A stretch of 64,000 nucleotides of DNA from Trypanosoma brucei (lineage: Eukaryota). Both the position numbers and the translations under genes were made by a program. Location: the NCBI GenBank assembly GCA_000002445.1, contig CH464491.1, positions 3,744,001 through 3,808,000 of the forward strand, written 5' to 3'. Numbering within the stretch: the first letter of the stretch is position 1; each line of letters opens with the position of its first letter. Positions 1 through 10,520 of this stretch are shown piece after piece. The notes under the pieces are model-generated. The model saw only the letters and a program-made list of their open reading frames with translations, made no database searches and had not been told where the DNA came from.

Positions 1-145
1 AGAAGTTGAACCTTCGTCATCGGTGTGGTTCGAATAATAATAATTATTATTACACAGAGAAAGGCATTGTTACTAGACACTGAACTTAAATTTCGTTTGC
101 GTGGTTGAGCACACACCTACACATCTTGTGTTGTTGTAACAACCG

Positions 146-1954
146 ATGACGGATGTGACGTACAGTTACTCACGACTCCGCAAGGAGTTTGGGCGGATGC
201 CGGAGTTCCAGGCCAACGAAGGAGAAATTTTGGTGGACATCGCCCCCAACCGCAGTTTAAAAAACCACTATACCCAACTAGATCCCTGTGAGACGGTGAT
301 CCAAAATGTACCATCGCTCTCCGAATCGGGAACAAATACAGAGCGCATTCAACTCAGACACCACGCGCAGTCGCACAGCGAAGGTGGATGGCCGCATGGT
401 GTTGATCCCACTGAGTTTGAGGAAAAAATGAAATACTGCAGGAAGGTAGAGCGCGAGGAGAGTTATCTCTCTTCCTGCCGCCGCCTCATTCAGCAGTGCA
501 CAGATAAGTACGTCAAGCAGAATAACGCCATAGACATTTATGGCACATACTTTCCTGAAGGTCCCCCAGTCGAAGATGAGTCTTTAGGGACAGCATCCGC
601 AAAGATCACCTCTGTGTTCAAGGACCCCAGTGCGGAGAAGCGAACCGCGGCAGCGATTACGTGGCAGAACGATGGTCGGAGGTTTGCAGTGGCGTACTGC
701 CGTTTGCGTTTCCAAAGCAATACCTCTACAATGAACACAAATTCTTTCGTCTGGGACGCACTGAATCCAAATGCACCGGTGGAAACTCTGGTTACTTCAT
801 CACCGTTGTGTTGTATTGAGTACTACACAAAAGACCCCCATATCATTGCCGGCGGAAGCTGGAACGGAGTTGTGCAGTACTGGGACACACGGCAACCGAC
901 GAGGCCTGCCTCCCGTTCCCTCATCGAGACAAGCCACAAGGACCCCGTGTGGGCCGTCAAATGGTTGCAAAGTAAGTCGGGTGAGTTGCTTTCAGTGTCC
1001 ACTGATGGTGACGTCCACGTATGGGACTGCCGTATTCCTGACAAGCCCGTAGAACTTCAGCGGCTCCCGGAAGACTCCGTGAGGTTGCAACCAAAGAACA
1101 ATGAAGGTGGCTCAAAAGGTGTTCTGGGAGGTCTGTGCTTGGACTATGACCCACAGGTGGGTGGTCCGTCGAAGTATATGATTGGAACCGAACAGGGAAC
1201 AATCCTTTCGTGTAACAGGAAGGGAAAAACACAAGCAGATAAACTGGGGCCGAACACATTCAACGGACATCATGGACCTGTGTATTCGGTGCAACGAAAT
1301 CCGTTCTTCTCCAAGTACTTCCTTTCGGTTGGTGATTGGACGGCGCGGATGTGGTTTGAGGACTTTAAATTTACGCCCTTGTTTAGTACCTTTTACCACA
1401 AATCTTACCTCACTAGCGGGGCATGGCATCCCGCACGACCGGGAGTTTTCTTCACAACGCGTATGGATGGTTACCTTGACCTATGGGACTTGATGTTGCG
1501 GCAAACAACGCCTGCGTTGAGCGTCCAGGTTTCTGATTACGCACTGCACACCGCTAAACCCACATCAGAGGGCAAACACATTGCTGTCGGTGGCATTGAC
1601 GGTAATGTAACACTGTTGGAGTTGTCGCCCTCCCTTTACACATGCATGAGTGACGAAAAGTTCCAAATTGGACAACTGTTGGAAAACCAGAGCATCCGTG
1701 ACAAGAACTTAGACCGTGCAGCCAAGGAAAAGAGGACCGCAGCCAGGCAACGTCAGCGTCGCAGCACAGTGCTAGGCGAAAGCCATAAGAGCTCTGATGA
1801 AGTCACAGAGCAGCTTGAAAAAGTTACCGAGGAGTACCAAACCACCGTAAAAAGTGAGAAGGAGCGCGATGACGAGCAACGCACGGAACTGGAGTGCGCC
1901 CGGATGAAATTACTGGAGGACATCAGTGGGGGAATAGATGTTGATTCGGATTGA
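146..1954 (+). CDS. DNAI2: Axonemal outer-arm dynein intermediate chain 2 (DNAI2/IC69 orthologue), WD-repeat protein with charged C-terminal coiled coil
   Basis: ATG at 146; 602 aa. The N-terminus aligns from memory with human DNAI2: YSYSRLRKEFGRMPEF~YVYVKKRSEFGKQCNF, NAIDIYGTYF~NAIDIYEEYF, and SSPLCCIEYYTKDPHIIAGGSWNGVVQYWDTR~[32 protein letters not shown]. WD-repeat signatures are present (WDTR, VHVWDCR, LDLWDL), and the C-terminal tail is K/E-rich. Confidence 0.85.
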   Translation: MTDVTYSYSRLRKEFGRMPEFQANEGEILVDIAPNRSLKNHYTQLDPCETVIQNVPSLSESGTNTERIQLRHHAQSHSEGGWPHGVDPTEFEEKMKYCRKVEREESYLSSCRRLIQQCTDKYVKQNNAIDIYGTYFPEGPPVEDESLGTASAKITSVFKDPSAEKRTAAAITWQNDGRRFAVAYCRLRFQSNTSTMNTNSFVWDALNPNAPVETLVTSSPLCCIEYYTKDPHIIAGGSWNGVVQYWDTRQPTRPASRSLIETSHKDPVWAVKWLQSKSGELLSVSTDGDVHVWDCRIPDKPVELQRLPEDSVRLQPKNNEGGSKGVLGGLCLDYDPQVGGPSKYMIGTEQGTILSCNRKGKTQADKLGPNTFNGHHGPVYSVQRNPFFSKYFLSVGDWTARMWFEDFKFTPLFSTFYHKSYLTSGAWHPARPGVFFTTRMDGYLDLWDLMLRQTTPALSVQVSDYALHTAKPTSEGKHIAVGGIDGNVTLLELSPSLYTCMSDEKFQIGQLLENQSIRDKNLDRAAKEKRTAARQRQRRSTVLGESHKSSDEVTEQLEKVTEEYQTTVKSEKERDDEQRTELECARMKLLEDISGGIDVDSD

Positions 1955-2074
1955 GGGAGCACTCATTAATGTTGTATCCCACCCTCTAGGATATTTATGT
2001 AGATCACTGTTGGTGCCGTAGTTACGTTGTTATAACCGTTCAGTGGCGTCGTTGAAAAAAAAAAAATACTGACG

Positions 2075-2096
2075 TGTATATGTGTGTGTGTGTGAG
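2075..2096. repeat. (TG)n microsatellite in DNAI2 3' flank
   Basis: The sequence tgtatatgtgtgtgtgtgtgag is seen directly. Confidence 0.9.
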
Positions 2097-2495
2097 ATGC
2101 TGTGAAAAGGAAAGACATCTAGAAAAAAAAAGTGAGGCCGGAGGGAAGTGTGGTATAATTTCAATAGAAGGAGCAGGGAGAGAAGTTTTTTTTTCCCCTT
2201 TTCCCATCTTGTGTAGAAAATAAGAAACGGTTGGAATAAAATTGAACATCTCTTTCGTACCAAAAATTCCTTGCACACGATTTCCGTGTTGACGCCTCAG
2301 TCGCCATGTATAACTTGTGTTGCCGATACGTCGGTGAAGCTTAGCTGATTGCCCGCTACTGATGGGGGGAAGCGCCTCTTTTGGTGTTTTCAAGCCAACT
2401 TATTTTCCCACATGTGGTTCTGAACCTTTTGCCAATTTTTTCTTTTTTACACCTGCTCTTTTTTCTTTTTCTTGCTATTTCATTTTTTACCCAAG

Positions 2496-2529
2496 CGCAC
2501 GCAGACACACAAACGCACACACATACAAA
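2496..2529. repeat. CA-rich imperfect microsatellite
   Basis: The sequence cgcacgcagacacacaaacgcacacacatacaaa is seen directly. Confidence 0.8.
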
Positions 2530-2760
2530 AGGCACGTGGCTAATATATTTGTAAGTTGTGCTCTGGTTTGGTACATAAGGGCCTCTCCGTAGCCTCGTCA
2601 CTAGTTTGTGGACCACCGGCAGCGGCGAGCAAGGTGGGAGAAGGTGATAAATCCAGTAAAAAGGAAAAAAAAGGCAGAACAGCGTTGGCTTTGGCTTTTT
2701 AAAAAAAAAAATAAACAGATAAAAAAAGAAAGCATTCGCTGGTTTGAATCGGCAACAACT

Positions 2761-2781
2761 TGATTTTTTTTTCTTTATAAG
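2761..2781 (+). promoter_or_regulatory. Polypyrimidine tract + AG: candidate trans-splice acceptor signal for SmG
   Basis: tgattttttttttctttataag lies about 35 nt upstream of ATG 2815. This is the trypanosomatid SL-addition signal architecture. Confidence 0.45.
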
Positions 2782-2814
2782 GGGATCAGAGGGGAATACG
2801 TTTTGGAATCAACT

Positions 2815-3063
2815 ATGCCCGCCAAGAAGCGCATCGCTAACCTGAACCACTTCATGGAGAAGCGTGTAAAGGTAAAACTGACGAGTGGCCGATCCATCTC
2901 TGGTGAGCTACGTGGTGTCGATGAGTTTATGAGTATTGTTCTATACGATGCTGTCGATGAGACCCCAACATCGGGTACTGTCGAGAACGAAGATAAAACG
3001 TCTCTGGGAACTGCCGTTGTTCGAGGGGCTATGATTGTGGATATTGTCGGTCTTGAAGTGTAA
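2815..3063 (+). CDS. SmG: Sm-fold small nuclear ribonucleoprotein, SmG family (SmG; LSm7 not excluded)
   Basis: The track ORF starts at TTG 2803; the first ATG is 2815 (MPAKKR...), giving 82 aa. Sm1 and Sm2 motifs align to human SmG: [37 protein letters not shown]~[37 protein letters not shown], and [17 protein letters not shown]~IGMVVIRGNSIIMLEAL. The size fits SmG better than LSm7. Confidence 0.7.
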   Translation: MPAKKRIANLNHFMEKRVKVKLTSGRSISGELRGVDEFMSIVLYDAVDETPTSGTVENEDKTSLGTAVVRGAMIVDIVGLEV

Positions 3064-3750
3064 TGGCAAATATATTTGCGAGTTCAAATGGTTGCCCTTT
3101 CTTTGTGCGTGTTTGGGGCGGGGTTTGGTGTTTGGGGAACGATTATTCGTGTGTTTGTGTTTATGTTTGGCGAGGGGATGGGGGTTAGACACAATGTGTG
3201 GAAGGAAGAAACTAAAGCAAGCAAATCGTGCGGTACTTCAGGGGATTTTGAATGGTCACCGGCGCTTCAGTTTGATTTAGTGGAGTTGGTCCGCATTACC
3301 TTTGGGGTTTCGCTAGATATGGGGTCTGTAGACCCATAAACAAGGATCAGCAGCGGTGGGTGGAGTTGTTCCGAGTATACAAAAATGAAACGAAAACTCT
3401 GGTGTGCTGCACGACAAAAACGTTCAGACTTGTTTTATCTTGCCGTCTTTTGCCTGGTGCGTTCCATCGTTTCAACGAGATGGTCTTTTATAATCAATCG
3501 AATGGCTTCCACTACCGTAACCAAACACCTTTCCTTACACCACTGTTAATTGATGTATTTATGTATGTATGCGGGCGTTTCTTCCCCCTTGCAAATTGTG
3601 TATGCTACATCTTATGCGAATTAGTGGACTTGTTGTTTTGTTTTCTACATCCTTTTTGTTCAGTTCACGAGCAGGTTTTCTTGTTCGAAGGGATAAGATA
3701 TTCCTTTGCACTGGGCCCATAATCTACATTAGTCACAAAGTTGCAGAGCC

Positions 3751-4314
3751 ATGACCGGTTTTGACACTGTCTGGATCCCTTTTGCGGTGGTTTATCTGTT
3801 GTATCAGATCCCACCAACAATGATGGAGGTATACTCGTACTATAGTCGTGGTGGTCTTGTAAGCATTGAGGATATTAAATTTGATGACACCTTTACTTGT
3901 CATCATCAGTGGCTTAAGGACAAGGATGTGTATTTCAAGAGATTTTGTGACAGACCAACAAGTGAGGCAGGGAAAGCATTCTTCTCTTGGTTGGATTGGA
4001 GTGCCGAAGCATACGATCGTTCCATCTACGTTCTTCGGAGGAACCATGCTCGTCGCGACGGCGAGGTGTCGTTTTTGAAGCGGTACATTTACGGCCCTTT
4101 TGTTTTCAACTGGTCGAAGAAACAGTGGCTGCGAGGTGATGACAGTTGCGGGATGCGCATGCCCGCTTGGGGTGTCGGTGGTGAGGAGCGCGCCCGCGCT
4201 GAATTTGCCGCCGCAAAGGAAAAGGGGTTTGACAAGAACTGGCACTATCAGATCATGCGTAAGATACGCCGCGAACAGGCGCTGAGGACAGCAAAGGAGG
4301 TGCAGGCGCAATAG
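3751..4314 (+). CDS. Hypothetical protein (187 aa), Trp/aromatic-rich N-terminal hydrophobic segment, basic helical C-terminus; no family recognised
   Basis: Clean ATG ORF on the same strand as the rest of the polycistron. It sits between two confident genes, with a plausible polypyrimidine tract and AG upstream. The overlapping antisense ORF 3733-4311(-) is rejected. Confidence 0.5.
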   Translation: MTGFDTVWIPFAVVYLLYQIPPTMMEVYSYYSRGGLVSIEDIKFDDTFTCHHQWLKDKDVYFKRFCDRPTSEAGKAFFSWLDWSAEAYDRSIYVLRRNHARRDGEVSFLKRYIYGPFVFNWSKKQWLRGDDSCGMRMPAWGVGGEERARAEFAAAKEKGFDKNWHYQIMRKIRREQALRTAKEVQAQ

Positions 4315-4920
4315 TAAACATTGTGTGAGTATTGCTTCGTGTCACATTTGCTGTTGTGTAACGGGTGACAGATCTATGGTTCATTAGTTTTTTTTCCGTT
4401 TTGGTTCCTTTTATTGTTCAGGCACACGTGTTTGTGTGCAGGTTTGTTGTGGGTACCAAATCGCGGAGCTAAGTGAGCGCGCTTGGCTTGGGAGCCGCTA
4501 TTTATTGTTTTTGTTATCGGTTACGGTATATTTGTTATTAGCAGTAGACGTACGCGAGCGGGGTGGGAAGAAAAACGTTGGATAGCAAATTTTTTAATGA
4601 GATTGTTTTCTCATGCGTGAGTCATTATATGTTTTGTTGTTGGACACCCTTTGGTGTGTTGTTGTTCTTGAGTGCTTTTCTTGATCTCTTCTCAACATCC
4701 GCTTGCTTGGCATTTTACCCATTTTCTTCCTAACAAATACTCAACCTTGATATGGGGTATACGTGTTGATGGATACGAATATCAAAAAGAAGTTTTTTTT
4801 CTTTCAACACTGGGTGATCTACGCTTCAAGCACGATAATTTTGTTCGGGAAAGGAGTAACGTAGGATCGAGTGAGCCCTTTAAAGGTTTGGGAAGGGAAA
4901 AGGGATAAATAGGTGTCTAA

Positions 4921-4947
4921 CAGTTTCCACCCTGTCCTCTTTTTCAA
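4921..4947 (+). promoter_or_regulatory. Polypyrimidine tract + AG: candidate trans-splice acceptor for the HECT ligase gene
   Basis: cagtttccaccctgtcctctttttcaag lies about 175 nt upstream of ATG 5121. Confidence 0.35.
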
Positions 4948-5120
4948 GGCGAAAACTTGTTGACGGTGCAGGGGAGGGATTGCCATTGTTGTTAGTGGTA
5001 TTTGCTCTTTGTTGCCATATTATAAAGGGTTCACCGAACACAGAGAAAATACATAATAACAGCTGAAAAAAAGAAAAAAAAGTGTACATATAATTAAATA
5101 TACGTTGGGGTGCTCGTTTA

Positions 5121-8100
5121 ATGGAGCATATTCTCAGCCGCCTTATGATGGATGCCGAAGGTGGTGGCTTGCAACGCCAGGCTATGAAGGACGTCATCAC
5201 CGCCAGAGAGAATTTGGCAAGCAACGATGAGGCCCGTGTAACAACAGGTTTGCTTGAGCTTTGTGATTTGCTCAACATGGCAACACCTATAACTATAGGA
5301 TCTATCCGCCCGAATGTGTTTGTTCCTCTTGTGGTGAACTGCATGAAGAAGGATAACATCGACCTTGTTATCCTCGCGGCACGGGCACTTACGTATATGG
5401 TAGACGCTATATCTTCTACGGTATTTGTTCTAGTCTCGGAGGGAGGAATCGACGTACTGCTTCAACATTTTCAAGAGGTGAAGGATATCGAGCTCTCTGA
5501 ACAGTGTTTAACATGTGTGGAGAAGATAACACAGAACTCTGTCTGTGCCGCTACGGTGCTGCAGAGTATGGGTGTGCCAGCTCTTTTGATGTACGTGGAT
5601 TTCTTTAATGCAGCTTCCCAGCGAAAAGCATGGACGAGCGTTGCAGCGATGTGCAGACGCGTTAACGAGTCGAATTTTGGTTGCGTAGAATGTTCACTTC
5701 AAGATATTAGTGCCCGAATTGATCATGATGATGCCAAAATATCAGAGAAAGCCATCACTTGCTTGTATCGTATCATATCGGGGGTTGGTAGTAACCCGGA
5801 ACTTGTGGCACGTGCATTTGGTGACAGTTGTAATCCACTTATCTCTGTCCTTAGCAGACAGGATTTGTCAGAGACAACTTTCACAACGGCACTATCGCTC
5901 ATTGCCTGTGCCATTGATTGCAGCACGGAAGCAGCTCGCCGAACTCTGGAATCTGGGATAGTGGAGTACATGTTTACACTGATCGCCAGTTCCTCCGAAC
6001 AGCAGCAGCGCCAAGATTTGGCCGGGTTCGCGGGTCGTACGGACGGGGTGTCGCGCGCCTCCGCTGCCAGGGAACCGTCAGCCCAACGGGAATCAGTGGA
6101 GACTGTCCCTCAACGAGATAGGCGACTTTCTGTTGAACAGACCAAAGCACTGTGTCTGGCTCTTACCGCTCTGCTGCCGAAGCTTAACAAGGGTTATCTT
6201 GTCCACGGTGACGCCCTTAACAAACTTATCGCAGAAGGACATGGTGAATCCCACCGACACGCCGGTGCTTCATCCTCGGAGGCAGATGAGGGTATGGGAG
6301 GTGATGATGATGAGGACGGGGACGGGGACATGGATGATGATGATGATGAGGAGGAGGAGGAGGAGTGTACTCACGAGGAAATTCTCTCACGGGTATCAGA
6401 ACGGGGTATTCTACTTGAAAATAACGAGAAGTACCGCACATGCCGCCTCAGGCACATGTGTGACGGTTGCGGTAAGTCGTGTATACCCACCAGCTGGTTT
6501 CGCTGTAATAAGTGCAGGGATTACGATTTGTGTGGGCGGTGCCTTCTTATGAACTGGGATAGCCACAGCCCAGACGGAGAGACCCATTCCTTCTGCGACA
6601 TGCTTGTCTTTTTCCCAAAGGTGAGTGATTCAGTAACTCCTGAAGAGGGCAAAGAGTCGAACAACAGTGACTTGACTGCCGAGCGCGAGAGGCTTTATGA
6701 AAGCAACCCACACCTTCTTGCCCTCATCCTTGGCGGTATCCCAACAGTTGTGGCACTGTTCAATGAATCTGAGGCACATCTCGTTCGGAATCATTGCTTG
6801 GCCTTTATTGACCGTGCTGTTGTTCTCGCGACGCCTGAACAATTGGCGGGGATCAAAGGACTCTCGGAGGCTGCTCTGTGCGAGATGATCGTGACGGCGA
6901 TGGTGGATAGCAGCCTCATCCTTAATGTACAGGTCATGTACCTCTGTCGTATGCTGCTGGAGAAGCTTCCCAAAGTGTACTTGCCTTGTTTTGTCCATGA
7001 GGGCGTCACGAATTCTCTAGTGAAGATACAGGAGCAAAATAAGTCGTTCGTGCATTGTAGTGAAGAGCCGACACCCGTTAAAGAACCCCCTTCCTCTGAG
7101 CGCTTCAACTCAGTTTCCGGATGGCGCGAACTGCTAGCAACGGAGGCGGAGGAAATGCTAGGTATGTTCACTTCCCTCAGTGACGACACAAGGATCCTTC
7201 GGTTAAAGGAGGTTGACCGGCTTTTGCGGGGGGGCAAGCTAAAGGAGGCATTTGACTCTCTCCGCGTTGCCCTCCTTGACGAAACTACCGCATTCGAACT
7301 GTCAGCGACTGATGTATTGCACAGTTTAGTGGAGGCTTTGAAGTCTGTGGATGATGTCAAGGCCATAGTGGCACTTCTCAAAACGTTGGCAAAACAGGAA
7401 CCAAACACCACCTCGACTCTGACACGATTTGTTCGGCTTCTTCAAACTGCGCTTTCACACCTTGATCAGTTCCAGTTACCCAATTTTGGCGCTGTGAACA
7501 CCATACAAACACAGATACCCCTTCGGCTCGTCCCACACGTAGCAGGTCACGCACCGAAACCGAAGGCATCCACTCCTCCAGCAAAAGGCAACGCCTCGAA
7601 ACGTGTGGCTTCCGGTTCCACTGCTGGTCCTCCGGTCCCCACACGGGAGGTGGTTACCAGGCGCCCCACAGGCACATCAGCGGCTCGTCCAGCCGCAGTC
7701 ACTAGCAGGAACAAGAAGGACCAATCGGCGTCACCGGCATCTACGAATACGGGTGGTGGAAAAAGTTCAGTGGAGAACCGAGAGGTTAGAGTTAGCGTAG
7801 AACCATTGACAAATCTGGAGGCACTAATGGGATTTGTAGGCTCAAACGTACTTTCCGGGGGTGGGGAATTTATTGGTAGCCCCGTCACTGGTGGTGGCCG
7901 TCGGCGCAACGATGACGACGAGGTGGAAGAGGTGTTGCCCGAGTTAGCCAACGGCGTGGACCCTGAGGGATTACCTAAAAAGAAAAAACCCGTGCAAGAG
8001 AAGTCGTGTAGGCCTGTTTACATGCGTTGCGGGAAATATGTGTTGCCGCCTTCATTGACGATTCTTCAGCTCCTACAGCGCTACCACACTCCATCACAGT

Positions 8101-9950
8101 CTTCTTCCAGAAAACGGAAGGCGCACAGCAAAGGTGCTAGCGCCTCACTGCGCCTTCTTGCGTTGCTAGAGGGCATGCAAACTAATGTGGGAGATATGAT
8201 TACATTACATTACAGTGTAGACCCCTTTGGACCTGAGTACGTCCATGTACCTGCGCTGATCGACGTACCTCTCGGAACACCTGCTCACCCGGTAGAAATT
8301 AAACTACCGTCTGATGATATCACACCGCCCGGGGCGTTTGAAGTGATGCGGGCGCTGCATAATGAGTACCCTTTTAGTAGTCAGTTTCTAACTGTTGCTC
8401 AGAAGGACATCCTTACGCTACTGGGTATTTTACACGCGGCCCTCCGCAACTGGTCGGCACTCATATCTTCAACAGCGGAAGCGACTACATCGGGGGGTGT
8501 GAGCGATGAAGCGTCAGCTCCGTCAACTTCGCTAGGCGAGTTTATTCACGGGAAACTCAATAATAAGGCCATGCGACACTGTTCGAACCTTCTTCTCGCT
8601 GGCCAGCACATGACAACATGGGCGGTCAATTTGGCTCTCGATTGCAACTTCCTATTCTCTTCGATGACGCGTAAGTATCTCTTTGATGTGGGGTTCTGTG
8701 GTTCCATCCGATCCCTTGTCCAAATGCAAGAAAACATGGAGAAATATGGTATGCGTGATACGTTAAATGCCGACCATCAGTTTGTTCGCTCATACCGACT
8801 TCAACGGGAAAAGAAACGTGTGTGGAGGGACAAAGCCTTGGCTTGCGCCATGCATATAATGGGAAAGGAACGTATTAGCGGTTCAGTGGTGCTTGAATTC
8901 GAGTACTACAATGAAAATGGGAGCGGAAGTGGACCAACAATGGAATTCTACACGCTGGTGTCAGATGAGCTACGGGAGACCAAATTACGTTTGTGGCGGC
9001 GGACGGATGAAACACCCGATGACAAGTACTACAGACCGCACGTCGGAGTATATCCGCGTCCTATTCCTCCCTCTTCCCCGGAGCTTGATGACATGGAGCG
9101 GTATTTCTCCCTGCTTGGACGGCTGATCGCCCGTGCACTTCTCGATAAGCGCATCCTCTCCATTCCACTGTCGCCTGTGTTGCTCAAAATGCTGAGGGGC
9201 GATCCGTGTGGGGTGCACGACTTGGCCGATATCAGTGAGTCGCTCGGTGCTTCTGTTTTGGCAATCGCCAGAGCCGCACGCAGGGGAGATGGTGCCGTGC
9301 AGATGCCAAATTCCACGGTGATGTGTTCGGTGGAAGATTTGGGTTTAGATTTCACCCTCCCTGGGGACGAGTTCGTTGAGTTAACCGAGGGTGGCGCATC
9401 CATACCAGTGACTAAGGTGAACGCGATGGAGTACTGTGACGCTGTCACAGAGTTTGTACTACGCCGGGGTGTGGAACGCTTTGTACACGCCTTACGCACT
9501 GGGTTCCACGACTATGTGCCACTTTATGCGCTCCGTATGCTTAGCATAGGTGAGTTGTTCGAGGTGCTGAACGGTCACCCAGCCCGTGTTACCGTCGAAG
9601 AGCTGGACGCCAACTGTCAGGCCGATCACGGCTATACAATGGGGTGCCGTCACGTGCGGCAACTGTTTGAGATCATAGCCTCTCTCACTGAAAAGGAGCA
9701 GAGCGCTTTTTTCCACTTCCTCACCGGCTCCGCGCACCTTCCAGCGGGTGGCCTCGCCAGCTTACGGCCAAAGTTCACCATTGTGCGGAAAGCCTCATCA
9801 GACCCTAACGTGCGTGAGCAGGATCAACTACCGTCGGCTATGACATGTCAGAATTACCTGAAACTTCCCGCGTACGATACCAAGCAGCAGATGGAGGAGA
9901 AACTGAAAATTGCCATCAACGAGGGTTGTGGTGAATTTCTTCTCACTTAA
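5121..9950 (+). CDS. HECT-domain E3 ubiquitin ligase, TRIP12/UPL3/Ufd4-like, with N-terminal armadillo repeats, an internal ZZ-type zinc finger and a poly-Asp/Glu tract
   Basis: 1609 aa. The N-terminal armadillo region resembles TRIP12 (LAARALTYMVDAI...LSEQCLTCVEKITQ). A ZZ finger reads CDGCGKSCIPTSWFRCNKCRDYDLCGRCLL (nt ~6460-6550). The acidic tract DDDEDGDGDMDDDDDEEEEEE lies at nt 6299-6366. The C-terminal HECT domain carries the active-site Cys in LPSAMTCQNYLKLPAYDTK (Cys codon 9846-9848) and ends ...GEFLLT. Confidence 0.9.
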   Translation: MEHILSRLMMDAEGGGLQRQAMKDVITARENLASNDEARVTTGLLELCDLLNMATPITIGSIRPNVFVPLVVNCMKKDNIDLVILAARALTYMVDAISSTVFVLVSEGGIDVLLQHFQEVKDIELSEQCLTCVEKITQNSVCAATVLQSMGVPALLMYVDFFNAASQRKAWTSVAAMCRRVNESNFGCVECSLQDISARIDHDDAKISEKAITCLYRIISGVGSNPELVARAFGDSCNPLISVLSRQDLSETTFTTALSLIACAIDCSTEAARRTLESGIVEYMFTLIASSSEQQQRQDLAGFAGRTDGVSRASAAREPSAQRESVETVPQRDRRLSVEQTKALCLALTALLPKLNKGYLVHGDALNKLIAEGHGESHRHAGASSSEADEGMGGDDDEDGDGDMDDDDDEEEEEECTHEEILSRVSERGILLENNEKYRTCRLRHMCDGCGKSCIPTSWFRCNKCRDYDLCGRCLLMNWDSHSPDGETHSFCDMLVFFPKVSDSVTPEEGKESNNSDLTAERERLYESNPHLLALILGGIPTVVALFNESEAHLVRNHCLAFIDRAVVLATPEQLAGIKGLSEAALCEMIVTAMVDSSLILNVQVMYLCRMLLEKLPKVYLPCFVHEGVTNSLVKIQEQNKSFVHCSEEPTPVKEPPSSERFNSVSGWRELLATEAEEMLGMFTSLSDDTRILRLKEVDRLLRGGKLKEAFDSLRVALLDETTAFELSATDVLHSLVEALKSVDDVKAIVALLKTLAKQEPNTTSTLTRFVRLLQTALSHLDQFQLPNFGAVNTIQTQIPLRLVPHVAGHAPKPKASTPPAKGNASKRVASGSTAGPPVPTREVVTRRPTGTSAARPAAVTSRNKKDQSASPASTNTGGGKSSVENREVRVSVEPLTNLEALMGFVGSNVLSGGGEFIGSPVTGGGRRRNDDDEVEEVLPELANGVDPEGLPKKKKPVQEKSCRPVYMRCGKYVLPPSLTILQLLQRYHTPSQSSSRKRKAHSKGASASLRLLALLEGMQTNVGDMITLHYSVDPFGPEYVHVPALIDVPLGTPAHPVEIKLPSDDITPPGAFEVMRALHNEYPFSSQFLTVAQKDILTLLGILHAALRNWSALISSTAEATTSGGVSDEASAPSTSLGEFIHGKLNNKAMRHCSNLLLAGQHMTTWAVNLALDCNFLFSSMTRKYLFDVGFCGSIRSLVQMQENMEKYGMRDTLNADHQFVRSYRLQREKKRVWRDKALACAMHIMGKERISGSVVLEFEYYNENGSGSGPTMEFYTLVSDELRETKLRLWRRTDETPDDKYYRPHVGVYPRPIPPSSPELDDMERYFSLLGRLIARALLDKRILSIPLSPVLLKMLRGDPCGVHDLADISESLGASVLAIARAARRGDGAVQMPNSTVMCSVEDLGLDFTLPGDEFVELTEGGASIPVTKVNAMEYCDAVTEFVLRRGVERFVHALRTGFHDYVPLYALRMLSIGELFEVLNGHPARVTVEELDANCQADHGYTMGCRHVRQLFEIIASLTEKEQSAFFHFLTGSAHLPAGGLASLRPKFTIVRKASSDPNVREQDQLPSAMTCQNYLKLPAYDTKQQMEEKLKIAINEGCGEFLLT
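6299..6366 (+). repeat. In-frame GAT/GAG trinucleotide repeat encoding poly-Asp/Glu within the HECT ligase CDS
   Basis: The sequence gatgatgatgaggacggggacggggacatggatgatgatgatgatgaggaggaggaggaggag is seen directly. Confidence 0.9.
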
Positions 9951-10520
9951 TAATCGATGCATTGCTGTGGACACCAATGGCCATATGTTCACGCGTATAC
10001 GACCATGTTTGTGCGTGATTGTGTTTAGCACATTGTGGAGAGGAGAGGTGAATTGTCATGAAGTTAGTTTCCTCAATTAGGATGTAATAACAGAGATTGG
10101 CTTTTTGTAGAGAGGCGTGGGCAAGTGAAGCGAAAAGGAAGGTAAGGTTTAAGGGGGAACACACCAAGAGATAATTGGGCACAGCAAAGGTGTGTGCTCA
10201 GTAGAGGAGGCGAAAGCAAAGAGAAGGGGGGAAATGCGCAAATGAGAGGGGTATGTTGGGATTGACCCCATGACTGCCGCGTTTAATGCACAGTTTCTGC
10301 TTCTGCGGCATATAATGACGTTTCGCCTGAAGATTTTGACTTCGCGGCTTCAGGATTAGTATGAAAATTGTTGTTGCTCTTAGTTATTGATGCAGTAGAC
10401 ATTGGGTTCACAACCGGTGGCAGTATGTGCCGCTTATTCACTGGTCTCTTTTACGCCTTGCCGCGCGCGGAACGAGAGCGAAACAAAGCAATAAATTAGG
10501 AAACGAAAAATAAGGCAACA

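Noticed and set aside
3733-4311. 192-aa ORF on the minus strand almost exactly overlapping the + strand ORF 3751-4314
   Set aside because: It is antisense to a co-directional gene inside a unidirectional polycistron. Shadow ORFs of this kind are common in moderately GC-rich coding DNA, and the + strand ORF has a proper ATG and upstream acceptor context. I kept the + strand gene.
6791-7951. Several 130-206-aa minus-strand ORFs (6791-7411, 7547-7951) and similar ones elsewhere inside the HECT, CRM1, S/P-rich, BBS9 and CPSF160 genes
   Set aside because: They are fully embedded antisense to long conserved coding sequences. They carry no independent signals and have low-complexity translations, so they are antisense-frame artefacts.
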